64,000 nt of DNA from Candidatus Thorarchaeota archaeon (lineage in GTDB: Archaea; Asgardarchaeota; Thorarchaeia; Thorarchaeales; Thorarchaeaceae). Under the pieces are notes generated by a model. It was given only the letters and a program-made list of their open reading frames with translations, did no database searches and was not told where the DNA came from. Each line of letters begins with the position of its first letter. Positions within the stretch are counted from its first letter, which is position 1. Shown here in pieces: positions 8,826-18,270 of this stretch. Made by a program: the position numbers and the translations under genes. The stretch spans positions 1,678 to 65,677 of the forward strand of contig SOKL01000197.1 of NCBI GenBank assembly GCA_004376265.1. The letters run 5' to 3'.

Positions 8826-10214
8826 CTAACGAGCGCGAAATTCTGCATAATCTGTTATTCGGGATATGCAGATAGCTGCTATTGCAGGGTCATCATAGCA
8901 AGGTATCTTATTCATTTCCAGCAGCTCCTTCCCGGGCTTCCCAACATCTCCTGCAAGCCAAACTCCCACCACTGGTTTTTTCGTTGAAGCTGTTTGTACT
9001 CCCTCGAGTGTACCAGTTGCATGTTCAGTCCTCTTCATTCCTGCAAAGGTTGGAACACCACATATGACTAAAAGAATGTCGACATTTCTATCATTTAGCA
9101 GCAGTTCAGTAGCTATACTATACTCTCTCTTACCGCCGCTTGCTACAACATCAATTGGATTATTCACAGAAGCCATCGGTGGAAGAACTTGACGAAGTTC
9201 TTCTTGAGTATCCTTTTCCAGATTAGTAATTTCCAGGTTCAATTTTGATGCTGCATCCGTCGCCAAGACACCTGCGCCACCTGTATTGCTAATAATACCA
9301 ACACGACGACCTTTGGGTAAAGGTTGATAATCAAAGATCTTACAAATTTCAACTAACGAGTCAAGAGTAGGAGCTGTGACACAACCAGCTTGACGTATCA
9401 TTCCATCGAATATTTTCGCAGAGCCAGCAAGTGATCCTGTGTGTGATTTCGTGGCGCGACTCCCAACCTCACTTTGACCCCCCTTTAATACCACAACCGG
9501 TTTCTCTTTTGCTGCTGCGCGTAATGACTCGAATAGCTCTCGACCTTTTTCAACACCTTCAATATATGCAGCAATAACGGTGGATTTTGGGTCCTCCCGA
9601 AAGTAATTGATAATCTCAACAAAACCTACGTCAGCAGAATTACCAATACTTGCAAACTTACTCATCCCAATTCTTTTGGATCTGGTGGTGTAAATAATCA
9701 TCCCACCAAGAGCTCCGCTTTGAGATACAAATGCTATATTTCCTCGCTTGGGCATCATAGTGAATGTCCCATTGAAGAGTAGACTGTTTGATACTCCCAC
9801 ACAATTTGGACCAATAATGCGAACTTCAGAATCCTTAGCGGCCTGAACAAGAATCTTTTCGAGCTTGGCACCCTCAGCTCCGGTTTCACTGAAACCTCCT
9901 GAGACTATTATTGCGTTCTTAGCACCTGCATTTCTAATCTCAGGCATCAGTGCAGGGCAATATTTTGCGGCTACTGAAACTATTACAAGATCAACAGGTT
10001 CTGGTAAATCTCCTAAACTCTTGTATGCAGTTACGCCCAAGACGCGGTCTCGACTATGAGTTATTGGGTAGACTTCTATCTCTGATGCTAACAAATTCAT
10101 CATGATTGAATTGCCTAGTTTCCGATGATCTGCAGATGCTCCCACAAGAGCAACTCGTGAGGGATTGAAAAAAGAATCCATACTCTTGACCAATTCAGTA
10201 TCAGAACCTGACAT
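8826..10214 (-). CDS. acetyl-CoA synthetase (ADP-forming) alpha subunit / CoA-binding succinyl-CoA-synthetase-like
   Basis: FFNPSRVALVGAS..KLGN CoA-binding N-terminus; 462 aa with a SHTGSLAG phospho-His loop. Confidence 0.8.
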   Translation of the reverse strand: MSGSDTELVKSMDSFFNPSRVALVGASADHRKLGNSIMMNLLASEIEVYPITHSRDRVLGVTAYKSLGDLPEPVDLVIVSVAAKYCPALMPEIRNAGAKNAIIVSGGFSETGAEGAKLEKILVQAAKDSEVRIIGPNCVGVSNSLLFNGTFTMMPKRGNIAFVSQSGALGGMIIYTTRSKRIGMSKFASIGNSADVGFVEIINYFREDPKSTVIAAYIEGVEKGRELFESLRAAAKEKPVVVLKGGQSEVGSRATKSHTGSLAGSAKIFDGMIRQAGCVTAPTLDSLVEICKIFDYQPLPKGRRVGIISNTGGAGVLATDAASKLNLEITNLEKDTQEELRQVLPPMASVNNPIDVVASGGKREYSIATELLLNDRNVDILLVICGVPTFAGMKRTEHATGTLEGVQTASTKKPVVGVWLAGDVGKPGKELLEMNKIPCYDDPAIAAICISRITDYAEFRAR

Positions 10215-10274
10215 AAGCTCACGCCATAAACGAAGTCGATTTATGTCTGTCGAGTTGGGGAAATAATAATTGTA

Positions 10275-11525
10275 TTACTGGTAGTACAAGTTTCGTCCTT
10301 TACGAAGATGTCTTTGGAGTTTGACTAACTTTCCTCGATTGGTACATTCTCCGTCAAGGCGACTACTAATCACATAATCAGCCTCGGGACATCTTTTGTA
10401 AAGAGTTTCAATAGACTGTGCAGTGGTTTCTTTGATCTCACGATTCTTACTGCTGCATAGTTTGTCGACTAAAATGGCTGCAGCAGATTCATGATAAAAA
10501 TTGCCAATAGCTAAGATTGCCAGTGTTGCAATTCGGGGATTTTTCATATGGGATGTCTTCTCTAAGACGATTACTGAATCAAGAGCTCGCACTGCAATAT
10601 GTGCATTTATACATTGTAGAATCTTCTTGAAATCAACAGTTGTTGTAGAATTTTTGTATTGCGATGATGCTTCATCAAGAAGTGTGTTGAGAGTGGGTAA
10701 TGAATGTCTACTTGCCAAAAGACTAAGTCCGTTTATGTCCTGATGAATTATCTGAGTGAGTAGCTTTCTGTATTCCATATTAGATGGGCGGGAGTGTGTG
10801 TCTTCATCATTTGAAGATGCAGTCGTATCATTTGTAGCATTAATTGGTTCTTGGATTACTGATAATACACGATCAAGAGTACCAGAATCGATTAGAGTAT
10901 CTTTGATTCCGAGCTTTGCCAGAGCGAGACGACCATATTCACAATGCCATAGATTGTTGATATTAGCTGTATCTCCATCTTGTTCTATTGAAATACCTTG
11001 AATTGTTCTGCTCCTAGAGTGTTGAAGCAAATTCACAGTTTCTTGAGAGATTGAAATATTCTCAGAAAAATCAAAGAATAGTGTGTCGCCTCTTTTTATT
11101 TGATCAACTGCTAGATTCTCAAGCTTACGAACAAGCACACGTGAGGCATCAATCATTGAACGCTCAGAATCAAGCTCCTCGAGTAGGGTTGTTGTATCTA
11201 CAGGGACAGGTTCTAAGCCAGTACATGATAGAAGACCAAACACAACTTCTCTGTACTTCAACTCTTCCAGATTTGTTTCATTCTTCCCGATGGTCATTGG
11301 TGAGGAGTATTTCTGATTACGAGCTTTTAGTAGATACTCGAGAGCTGTGGACCATCCATCATCCTGTTCTATCTGTGCAATGATATCCACCAGGTCTCTA
11401 TCTCGATGGTCTCCAATGATATTTGAAATGATACGGATGCGTTCACGTTCATCAGATTCCTTGACTCGTTCTTTGACTGCTTTGAGGATTCTATCGCGCT
11501 GATTTTCTTTTGTCAAGGGCATCAC
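10275..11525 (-). CDS. hypothetical protein, C-terminal HEAT/armadillo-like repeats
   Basis: 416-aa ORF. The C-terminal ATLAILAIGNFYHESAAAILVDKLCSSKNREIKETTAQSIETL looks HEAT-like; no catalytic motifs recognised. Confidence 0.45.
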   Translation of the reverse strand: MMPLTKENQRDRILKAVKERVKESDERERIRIISNIIGDHRDRDLVDIIAQIEQDDGWSTALEYLLKARNQKYSSPMTIGKNETNLEELKYREVVFGLLSCTGLEPVPVDTTTLLEELDSERSMIDASRVLVRKLENLAVDQIKRGDTLFFDFSENISISQETVNLLQHSRSRTIQGISIEQDGDTANINNLWHCEYGRLALAKLGIKDTLIDSGTLDRVLSVIQEPINATNDTTASSNDEDTHSRPSNMEYRKLLTQIIHQDINGLSLLASRHSLPTLNTLLDEASSQYKNSTTTVDFKKILQCINAHIAVRALDSVIVLEKTSHMKNPRIATLAILAIGNFYHESAAAILVDKLCSSKNREIKETTAQSIETLYKRCPEADYVISSRLDGECTNRGKLVKLQRHLRKGRNLYYQ

Positions 11526-11603
11526 AACTTCATGGGGGTTGTTCGTACAATGAATCTAAGATTGTGATTAAGGTTTGTTCAGATTATATGTTACTGTATT
11601 TCT

Positions 11604-11612
11604 TGTAATACA
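11604..11612. promoter_or_regulatory. TGTAWTACA palindrome inside 18-nt box TGTATTTCTTGTAATACA
   Basis: Read directly. The 18-nt box 11595-11612 matches 13136-13153 at 17/18 positions, and lies 70-87 nt upstream of the 11525 start. Confidence 0.45.
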
Positions 11613-11648
11613 TGTATCAAATTACCATCAAATTTGGTCAAAAAAGGT

Positions 11649-11664
11649 GTTCTAAGATTAGAAC
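11649..11664. promoter_or_regulatory. dyad GTTCTAA-GA-TTAGAAC
   Basis: 7-bp perfect arms read directly. It lies about 30-45 nt upstream of the candidate ncRNA 5' stem. The half-site TAGAAC/GTTCTA is shared with the GGAACACGTGTTCTA palindromes. Confidence 0.3.
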
Positions 11665-11692
11665 TATGTACCATTGTTACTATGAATAATAT

Positions 11693-11872
11693 GAGTGTGT
11701 CGTGCAATGACAAGTAGGCCGACGTCGATGAGGCACACCTCTCCGACGTATCAGGCGTTCGTCATTGTCATCTCTATCTCCTCAAACAAACCTCCAGGAT
11801 GCTAATGGTTGCCTGAGTGATGGAGAAGGCTGTACTCGCATACGTTGGTATACTTCGTAGTGCGACACGCTC
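11693..11872 (+). ncRNA. candidate structured RNA of unknown class (about 180 nt)
   Basis: GC-rich island in a 391-bp gap with no ORF of 60 aa or more. Three helices can be read:
- A terminal 10-bp helix, GAGTGTGTCG (11693-11702) with CGACACGCTC (11863-11872), including one G-U that is only valid on the plus strand.
- An inner helix, ATGACAA (11707-11713) with TTGTCAT (11765-11771).
- A hairpin at 11722-11749: 6 bp, a 2x2 internal loop, 4 bp and a CACA loop.
TTTATTTTT follows at 11879-11887. Strand not certain. Confidence 0.35.
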
Positions 11873-11916
11873 TAGCCGTTTATTTTTCTACTACTGTCTA
11901 TGTTACGCTTGAGTAA

Positions 11917-12456
11917 TCATTCTGACTTCCTTCTGGAGATATCTGATTTGAGTGCAAGTGATGCAGAGAGTTCATCAAGTGCTGACATGATTGTCCGTTC
12001 TGTAACCCTGACACTCTCCAATTCTTCAGCTGATAGTTCAATCTTACCGGCAAGAATATCACGAATCCTTCGATAATCCCCAATCCGTGCTGCGACTTCT
12101 TCGAATGGGCGAAATATAGTATTCTCGAAAAGACCCAAGTATGCTAAAAGTAGCATTGTATAGAAACAGCGTGAGAGGTTTCTTCGTGCCTGTTTCAGTG
12201 TTCTGTTGAATGCCCCTCTGGAAACGCCACGTGATTTGGTTCCTTGCTTAGATCGATACGATGCCTTGTTTTCATATGTGATATGAGATCCATAGTTATC
12301 CTCTACTACTAAATCAATGAGGAGTGTTTCTATCTGAGCCTCACTTAATACTGACCCTTCCTGTAGTTTCTTCAGGATTGGTTCCCTTAGCACTTGTTTC
12401 GCACCAGATGCCAATTGCTTCATGGTTTCCTTTTCTTTACTTTGTTCAGATTTCAA
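11917..12456 (-). CDS. hypothetical protein, possible HTH DNA-binding protein
   Basis: 179-aa ORF. The segment SRGVSRGAFNRTLKQARRNLSR resembles a sigma-r4/LuxR-like HTH recognition helix. Weak. Confidence 0.4.
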   Translation of the reverse strand: MKSEQSKEKETMKQLASGAKQVLREPILKKLQEGSVLSEAQIETLLIDLVVEDNYGSHITYENKASYRSKQGTKSRGVSRGAFNRTLKQARRNLSRCFYTMLLLAYLGLFENTIFRPFEEVAARIGDYRRIRDILAGKIELSAEELESVRVTERTIMSALDELSASLALKSDISRRKSE

Positions 12457-12641
12457 ATTAGGTTACTCTCCGTTTATGCGATATTCAATATTATACTTCT
12501 AAGTGCTCCAGAGTCAATAGAAAGGGTTTTACCAAGGTCTTCTCACACAGGTTATTAGTCCTAATGGGTGGATACAGTTTTGTATACAAAGAATAGTGTA
12601 CTGTGCTTAAGTAGGTTTCAGTTCGGTCTTATTGTGAAATT

Positions 12642-12650
12642 TGTAATACA
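12642..12650. promoter_or_regulatory. TGTAWTACA palindrome
   Basis: TGTAATACA read directly. A related spacer-less palindrome TTTGTATACAAA lies at 12579-12590 in the same gap. Confidence 0.35.
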
Positions 12651-12662
12651 CTAGACTATTGA

Positions 12663-13073
12663 TTATCTGTTTGAGAGAGTCCATTCAGAATCGGGTGTCA
12701 TGACAACGAACCCTAGAATTAGATTTCCTCTAATCTCATCAAATTTATAGACTCCAAAAACATTTCTTCCTGATCCATCATCCCACTCAACTCGACCGCG
12801 TAAAAGATAATGTTGGAACACAACACGACTCTGTTTTCTAACAGAAGCGAAAAGATTCTTGTATTTCCTACGTTGAGAAGGTCGGATACTCCATCTAGAA
12901 AGAATGAATCTATTTGTGAGACTGTTACTTGAAATCAAGACTGATTTTCTACCTCTATTATTGACTGCTTCTTTGAGAGCGTTTCTAAGACAATCAGGTA
13001 TTGATGCTAATATTGATGGAGTTGCCTCGGGCTCACGAACAATTGATCGGGTACGTACACTACGGCTTGTCAA
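12663..13073 (-). CDS. hypothetical protein
   Basis: 136-aa ORF, basic, with no recognisable motif. Confidence 0.4.
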   Translation of the reverse strand: MTSRSVRTRSIVREPEATPSILASIPDCLRNALKEAVNNRGRKSVLISSNSLTNRFILSRWSIRPSQRRKYKNLFASVRKQSRVVFQHYLLRGRVEWDDGSGRNVFGVYKFDEIRGNLILGFVVMTPDSEWTLSNR

Positions 13074-13144
13074 ATCAGTTCAACTCTTCTCTCCTACTTG
13101 AACCTTAAGAGGTCCTATGGAGATTTGATTAGTAATGTATTTCC

Positions 13145-13153
13145 TGTAATACA
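13145..13153. promoter_or_regulatory. TGTAWTACA palindrome inside 18-nt box TGTATTTCCTGTAATACA
   Basis: Read directly in the divergent gap 13074-13220. A further GTATTAC lies at 13172-13178. Confidence 0.45.
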
Positions 13154-13220
13154 ATTAATAATCGGGAGTTTGTATTACTTCACTGGATTAATATCTTGAA
13201 TAATTACGAGAGCATCAAAG

Positions 13221-15593
13221 GTGTCTAGGCCTGTGAAAAGAAGAGCTGTAATTCATGTGATTGGTATTGTCCAAGGAGTTGGATTCAGACCTTTCATTTA
13301 TCGAGTTGCACAATCACTATCCCTTACAGGATTTGTGTTGAATCTTGGTAACGCAGGAGTAAAGGTGGTTACAGAAGGTGAAGACGACAAAATTCGGACG
13401 TTGATCAAGTGGATTGAGAGTAAACCACCATCCATATCCCAAGTAGATACAATTGACGTTGTTTGGGAAGATACAAGTAATTCCTTTACGTCATTTGATA
13501 TACTTAAATCAACAACAGTCAGGACTGGAGAATTCACACCTGTATTACCTCCTGACATTGCGATGTGTAATGATTGTGTTGGAGATCTAACTAATTCTGA
13601 TTCACGATGGTATCTCTATCCATTTACATCCTGTACAGCATGTGGACCTAGATTCTCAACCATCACGGACCTTCCATATGACCGTCCAAATACCACAATG
13701 ATTGAGTTTCCACTATGTGATACTTGTAATACAGGTTATACATCGCCTCTCGATCGAAGGTATCATGCTCAAACAACAGCCTGTGAAGCATGTGGACCAA
13801 TCTATAGACTTGTTGATTCTTCTGGAATGAAAATTGAATGCAGTGATTCAGTACTTCAAGTATCACGTTTTATTCAGAAAGGAAACATTGTTGCAATCCA
13901 AGGAATTGCAGGAACTCATATTGTAACCAAGACTACCGATACTAAACCACTAGAACTACTCCGTAAAAGAAAGAGAAGATTTCAACGACCTTTTGCTATA
14001 ATGGTCAAAGACCTCTCTATTCTCAGACAGATTGTTCATATCACTTCTAAAGAAGAAGTCTTGCTTACATCTTGGCGAAGGCCCGTCGTGCTACTTCAGA
14101 AGAAAGATTTGTTCAATTCCAATGTATCATCAATTATACCTAATGATGTCATAGAGTTGATTGCTCCTGAGCTAGATACCATAGGAGTTATGCTTCCTTA
14201 TGCTCCGGTTCATCATCTTCTGTTTCGATACACAACAGAACCAGCCTTGGTGATGACCAGTGCTAATCCTATAGGAGTTCCAATGTATATCGAACCTGAA
14301 GAAATAGTATCTGAGCTTCAAGATATTGTGGATTATTCTCTTGTTCATGATCGTAGGGTGTTCCAGAGAGCTGACGATTCGGTCATCAAAGTCTTGCCTG
14401 ATAGTAATCCAGTATTCATTAGACGAGCCCGAGGATATGTACCCGAACCCCTTCAATTTGAGGGTCCTTGGAAACTAATCAAGGCTATTGCTGTAGGTCC
14501 CGAAGAAAAAGCCACAGCCTCCATATTGAAATCTGAACGTATTTACCCAACTCAACATATCGGGAATATCAGTCGAGTAGAGAGCCTGGATTTCCTTTCT
14601 CATGCAATGAATCACATGCTCCACCTTCTTGATATCAGCAAACTAGATGGAGTAGCTTGCGATTTCCATCCGGAGTTCCTGACTACTGAACTGGCAGAGA
14701 AATTAGCCAATGAACAAGATGTCCCTCTCTTTCGTGTACAACACCATCACGCACACCTTGCATCATTGATAGTGGACCAATCTTTGGACTACGATACGAG
14801 TATTGTTTGTATTACAGCAGATGGATTTGGGTTTGGGATAGATGGACATGCATGGGGTGGAGAGATACTGTTTGGAGATTTGAGAGAGTTCAAACGAGTG
14901 GGAGGAATTATGAGTGTAAATTATCCCGGAGGTGACCTCTCCGCGATATACGCCTCGAGAACAACTCTTGGGATATTGAATGGTCATTTGAATAGAGATC
15001 AGCTTCTCCAAGTGGTAAATGCAGCTCCAATTGGTCTTGATACAATTATGACTTCAAATACTTTGGATATCTTAATAGATACGCTTGATCGGGAAATAAA
15101 CACAATGAACAGCACAAGCGCAGGACGCTTTCTTGATTCTGTGGCCATGGTTCTTGGAGTGTGCTCTGAGAATTCCTATAATGGTGAATGTCCAATGAAA
15201 TTAGAAGCAGTGGCGAAAGAAACAGATTTGCGAGTCGACCCGAAATTTGTGAATACAGAGAATGGTTTGAATCTTGACATATCTGATGCCATGTTACAGT
15301 TCTTAGAGTTACAAAAGAAAGGTATCAGTAAACACGAGATTGCATATGCCGCACAGTGGTACCTTGGCAATTCATTGGCCGACATTGCCTGCAGAGTAGC
15401 GATAGAGAAAGGAGTTGAGTATGTGGGATTCTCTGGTGGAGTTGCGCTGAATCGAATCATTACGAAAGCAGTATTGGATCGTATTAATCAATACAATCTC
15501 AATCCATTAATTCATCTCAATGTCCCTCCAGGTGATGGAGGTATTTCGATTGGACAAGTAGCAGTTGCTGGAGCCAGGTTGGTTGATTCATAG
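13221..15593 (+). CDS. hypF: [NiFe]-hydrogenase maturation carbamoyltransferase HypF
   Basis: GTG start. Acylphosphatase-like N-terminus (VIGIVQGVGFRPFIY), two CxxC-x18-CxxC Zn-finger pairs, a YrdC-like domain and a Kae1-like C-terminus. 790 aa. Confidence 0.9.
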   Translation: MSRPVKRRAVIHVIGIVQGVGFRPFIYRVAQSLSLTGFVLNLGNAGVKVVTEGEDDKIRTLIKWIESKPPSISQVDTIDVVWEDTSNSFTSFDILKSTTVRTGEFTPVLPPDIAMCNDCVGDLTNSDSRWYLYPFTSCTACGPRFSTITDLPYDRPNTTMIEFPLCDTCNTGYTSPLDRRYHAQTTACEACGPIYRLVDSSGMKIECSDSVLQVSRFIQKGNIVAIQGIAGTHIVTKTTDTKPLELLRKRKRRFQRPFAIMVKDLSILRQIVHITSKEEVLLTSWRRPVVLLQKKDLFNSNVSSIIPNDVIELIAPELDTIGVMLPYAPVHHLLFRYTTEPALVMTSANPIGVPMYIEPEEIVSELQDIVDYSLVHDRRVFQRADDSVIKVLPDSNPVFIRRARGYVPEPLQFEGPWKLIKAIAVGPEEKATASILKSERIYPTQHIGNISRVESLDFLSHAMNHMLHLLDISKLDGVACDFHPEFLTTELAEKLANEQDVPLFRVQHHHAHLASLIVDQSLDYDTSIVCITADGFGFGIDGHAWGGEILFGDLREFKRVGGIMSVNYPGGDLSAIYASRTTLGILNGHLNRDQLLQVVNAAPIGLDTIMTSNTLDILIDTLDREINTMNSTSAGRFLDSVAMVLGVCSENSYNGECPMKLEAVAKETDLRVDPKFVNTENGLNLDISDAMLQFLELQKKGISKHEIAYAAQWYLGNSLADIACRVAIEKGVEYVGFSGGVALNRIITKAVLDRINQYNLNPLIHLNVPPGDGGISIGQVAVAGARLVDS

Positions 15594-15594
15594 T

Positions 15595-15610
15595 TGTAAT
15601 ACTGGTATTA
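15595..15610. terminator. dyad TGTAATAC-TG-GTATTA in convergent gap hypF/iorB
   Basis: Arms TAATAC (15597-15602) and GTATTA (15605-15610). Confidence 0.3.
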
Positions 15611-15616
15611 ACTTGA

Positions 15617-16231
15617 TTACTTGTGTGCTTTTGCCAGTTCAAGTCCTAGTTTTGTAGCTCCAACGTTGACTTTCTCGAATTTCTTTGGAAAAGCATCTTT
15701 TACAACATCCATTACAGTATCTTCAGTCACAGGAATAAGACCGGTACCAATGATTGCTCCTAACATGACCATATTGAGAGACCGGGTGCTACCTGCTTTC
15801 ACAGCCAAGTCTAAGGCATCGAACTCTATGATCTTGTCTGTGAATTTGTTCATGCTTTTGATGATTTCATCATGGGTAGGATATTCTGCATTCCCCATTG
15901 AAACTGCAACGGGGTATTGAACATGAGAGTTCATCAAAACACAACCACCCTGTTTCACAAGGTGAATCTCTCTTAGAGTTTCTACAGGTTCGAAGCCCAC
16001 AAGAAGATGAGCAGAGCCAGGGTCTATAATTGGTCCTCTGGCATTGTCACCAATTCGAACAGTGCAGACAACATGTCCTCCTCGCTGAGCCATTCCATGA
16101 ATTTCACCTACGCGAACGTTGAAACCGCAATGAAGAACTGTCTTTGCTAGAATCTCAGCCAAGGTTAGAACTCCTTGTCCTCCCACTCCTGTGATAGCAA
16201 TATTTACTGTATTACTATTGTTACTCGTCAT
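15617..16231 (-). CDS. iorB: indolepyruvate:ferredoxin oxidoreductase beta subunit
   Basis: NIAITGVGGQGVLT N-terminus. I prefer the ATG at 16231, which has AGGAGGA about 9 nt upstream inside the iorA 3' end. The longer track ORF would overlap iorA. Confidence 0.85.
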   Translation of the reverse strand: MTSNNSNTVNIAITGVGGQGVLTLAEILAKTVLHCGFNVRVGEIHGMAQRGGHVVCTVRIGDNARGPIIDPGSAHLLVGFEPVETLREIHLVKQGGCVLMNSHVQYPVAVSMGNAEYPTHDEIIKSMNKFTDKIIEFDALDLAVKAGSTRSLNMVMLGAIIGTGLIPVTEDTVMDVVKDAFPKKFEKVNVGATKLGLELAKAHK

Positions 16232-16232
16232 T

Positions 16233-18125
16233 CTATGCATCCTCCTGCTTAATCGCACCCTGAGGACAAACAGATGTACAGATACCACATAGGTTGCATT
16301 GGGTTTCATCAATCACAGCCTGTTCGGTTTCTGGATCCATATACATCGCAGGACAAGAGAGTCTGTTAAGACAACGTTTGCATGCATTGCAAATTTCAGA
16401 ATCCACATAGTATTTGGGTAGTGATTCTCCTGTACGGCGACGGTCAGCTGCTTCGAGAAGAGCACAAGGTTCTCTTGAAACTAACACAGCAGGACTATGA
16501 TTCTCTCGAGTCCACTTGACCATCTCACGAACTTCGGCAACCAAGCTCGCCAGAGATTCAAACGGTTCTACTGTCTTGGTATATTTCACACCTAATCCCT
16601 TACAGACCTCTTCAATATCAAGAGGTGGGACCTCCTTTTGCATACCTGTGACTCCAGTACCAGGATGGGGTTGATGCCCAGTCATTGCGGTTGTTCTATT
16701 ATCAAGGATTACGAGACTGATTCGATGTTGGTTATAGACTGCATTAGCAATACCGGGTAGACCTGATGCGAAGAAAGTACTGTCACCTATGGAAGCTACT
16801 ACATCTTGGTCTGTGACTTCCGACAATCCGCATGCTGTCGTAATTGATGATCCCATATCGAACAGAATATCTGCTGTTTCCAATGGTGGAGCAATACTCA
16901 AGGTGTAACAACCAATATCGGTAGGATAGATTGCCTTTCCTCTTGTTGCTACTTTGATTGCATAGTAAGTTGCTCTATGCGGACAACCGGCACAAAGAAG
17001 CGGGGGTCTCGGAGGTAATTCAGGCAAATCATTGATTTTCTGATCCATCTCTTCCCAGTTAATAGGTGTATTACATGTAGTAATCTTACTTAATGCTTCC
17101 ATTACAATCCTTGGACTATACTCATACGTACGTGAGAAAATTCCTTGGTCCTTTCCAAGAATGTCAACTGTAATCTTACTGAGATGAGCTAATCTTCTTG
17201 CATGAGTTTCAAGAAATGGCTCAAGTTCTTCAACAATCATAACTTGCTGATGACGAGCTAGAAATTCGGTGACCATTTTTTCAGGAATTGGATGTGTGAT
17301 TCCAAGCTTCAATACTTCTGCTTTGATTCCCATTGTCAATAGTGCTTCTACAACATGGTTGTATGCCACACCACTTGTGATTATTCCAAGATCTCCCTCG
17401 CCCTCAGTAAAGTTCAATGGACTTTTCTCAGATAGTTCACGTGCGATATCTATCTGTCCAAGAAGCCATGGATGCCGCTTGCGTGCCACAGATGGAATGG
17501 GTACAAAACGAAATGGTTCCTTTTCGAACTCGACCTTGTCAGGACGTGATAAAATCTTTCCAAATGTTACTGGAGCTCGTGTGTGATTCACTCGTGTTGT
17601 TGTACGGAAAAGAACTGGAAGTTCTAATTCTTCTGAGAATTTGAAAGCTTCGAGAAGCATTGACTTTGCTTCTATAGGATCAGCGGGTTCTATCATTGGC
17701 ACATTTCCCATTAATGCATAGTATCTACTATCGTTCTCATTTTGTGAACTCCACATACTTGGGTCATCAGCTACTACAATCACCATTCCTCCACGGACAC
17801 CAACATATGCCAATGAAAAGAATGGGTCTGCAGCGACATTGAGACCTGGACCTTTACAGACCATCATGGATCTCACACCTGCAACAGCAGCTGCGCCGGC
17901 AACCTCTAGAGCAACCTTCTCATTCGTACTGAATTCAAAGTAGAAATTTGGAATATGCGGGGCCATTAATGTCAAATTGTTCCCAATTTCACTATTTGGT
18001 GTACCAGGATAAAGAGCAACAAGTCGAACGCCTGCTTCTAGTACACCTCGCGCAATTGCTTCATTAGCAAGAAGAAGAATCTCCTTTCCTGGTTTATCCT
18101 CAAGAAGTTCCTTTGGCTTCACCAA
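16233..18125 (-). CDS. iorA: indolepyruvate:ferredoxin oxidoreductase alpha subunit (TPP + 2x[4Fe-4S])
   Basis: TTG start. The N-terminus GNEAIARGVLEAGV..YPGTP, a TPP motif GDSTFFASG and C-terminal CxxCxxCxxxCP clusters are present. 630 aa. Confidence 0.9.
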   Translation of the reverse strand: MVKPKELLEDKPGKEILLLANEAIARGVLEAGVRLVALYPGTPNSEIGNNLTLMAPHIPNFYFEFSTNEKVALEVAGAAAVAGVRSMMVCKGPGLNVAADPFFSLAYVGVRGGMVIVVADDPSMWSSQNENDSRYYALMGNVPMIEPADPIEAKSMLLEAFKFSEELELPVLFRTTTRVNHTRAPVTFGKILSRPDKVEFEKEPFRFVPIPSVARKRHPWLLGQIDIARELSEKSPLNFTEGEGDLGIITSGVAYNHVVEALLTMGIKAEVLKLGITHPIPEKMVTEFLARHQQVMIVEELEPFLETHARRLAHLSKITVDILGKDQGIFSRTYEYSPRIVMEALSKITTCNTPINWEEMDQKINDLPELPPRPPLLCAGCPHRATYYAIKVATRGKAIYPTDIGCYTLSIAPPLETADILFDMGSSITTACGLSEVTDQDVVASIGDSTFFASGLPGIANAVYNQHRISLVILDNRTTAMTGHQPHPGTGVTGMQKEVPPLDIEEVCKGLGVKYTKTVEPFESLASLVAEVREMVKWTRENHSPAVLVSREPCALLEAADRRRTGESLPKYYVDSEICNACKRCLNRLSCPAMYMDPETEQAVIDETQCNLCGICTSVCPQGAIKQEDA

Positions 18126-18212
18126 TCACCGATCCTCCATGTTTGGATGTTTCGAGTGAGATTATGAGTAGTGTATCAGTCTTACGGTATTGAATGCGAC
18201 CCTATAATACTT

Positions 18213-18226
18213 GGAACACGTGTTCT
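18213..18226. promoter_or_regulatory. palindrome GGAACACGTGTTCT (copy 1)
   Basis: 12-bp perfect core GAACACGTGTTC, 88-101 nt upstream of the iorA start, followed towards iorA by TATTATAG. Confidence 0.6.
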
Positions 18227-18246
18227 AGTTAGTATTGCGCAGATAA

Positions 18247-18270
18247 GACCCCTTGACTTCCAGTAGAAAG
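18247..18270 (-). promoter_or_regulatory. ORB-like origin recognition box (left, G-run pointing left)
   Basis: Minus strand reads CTTTCTACTGGAAGTCAAGGGGTC: dyad TTTCTA-C-TGGAAG followed by a G-run. Confidence 0.5.

Noticed and set aside
18214-18225. Reading the CACGTG core of the palindrome as a eukaryote-type E-box (bHLH site)
   Set aside because: The conserved unit is the whole 12-14-bp GAACACGTGTTC dyad with fixed flanks. The CACGTG core alone is too short to imply a bHLH-like factor, and no such gene is visible.
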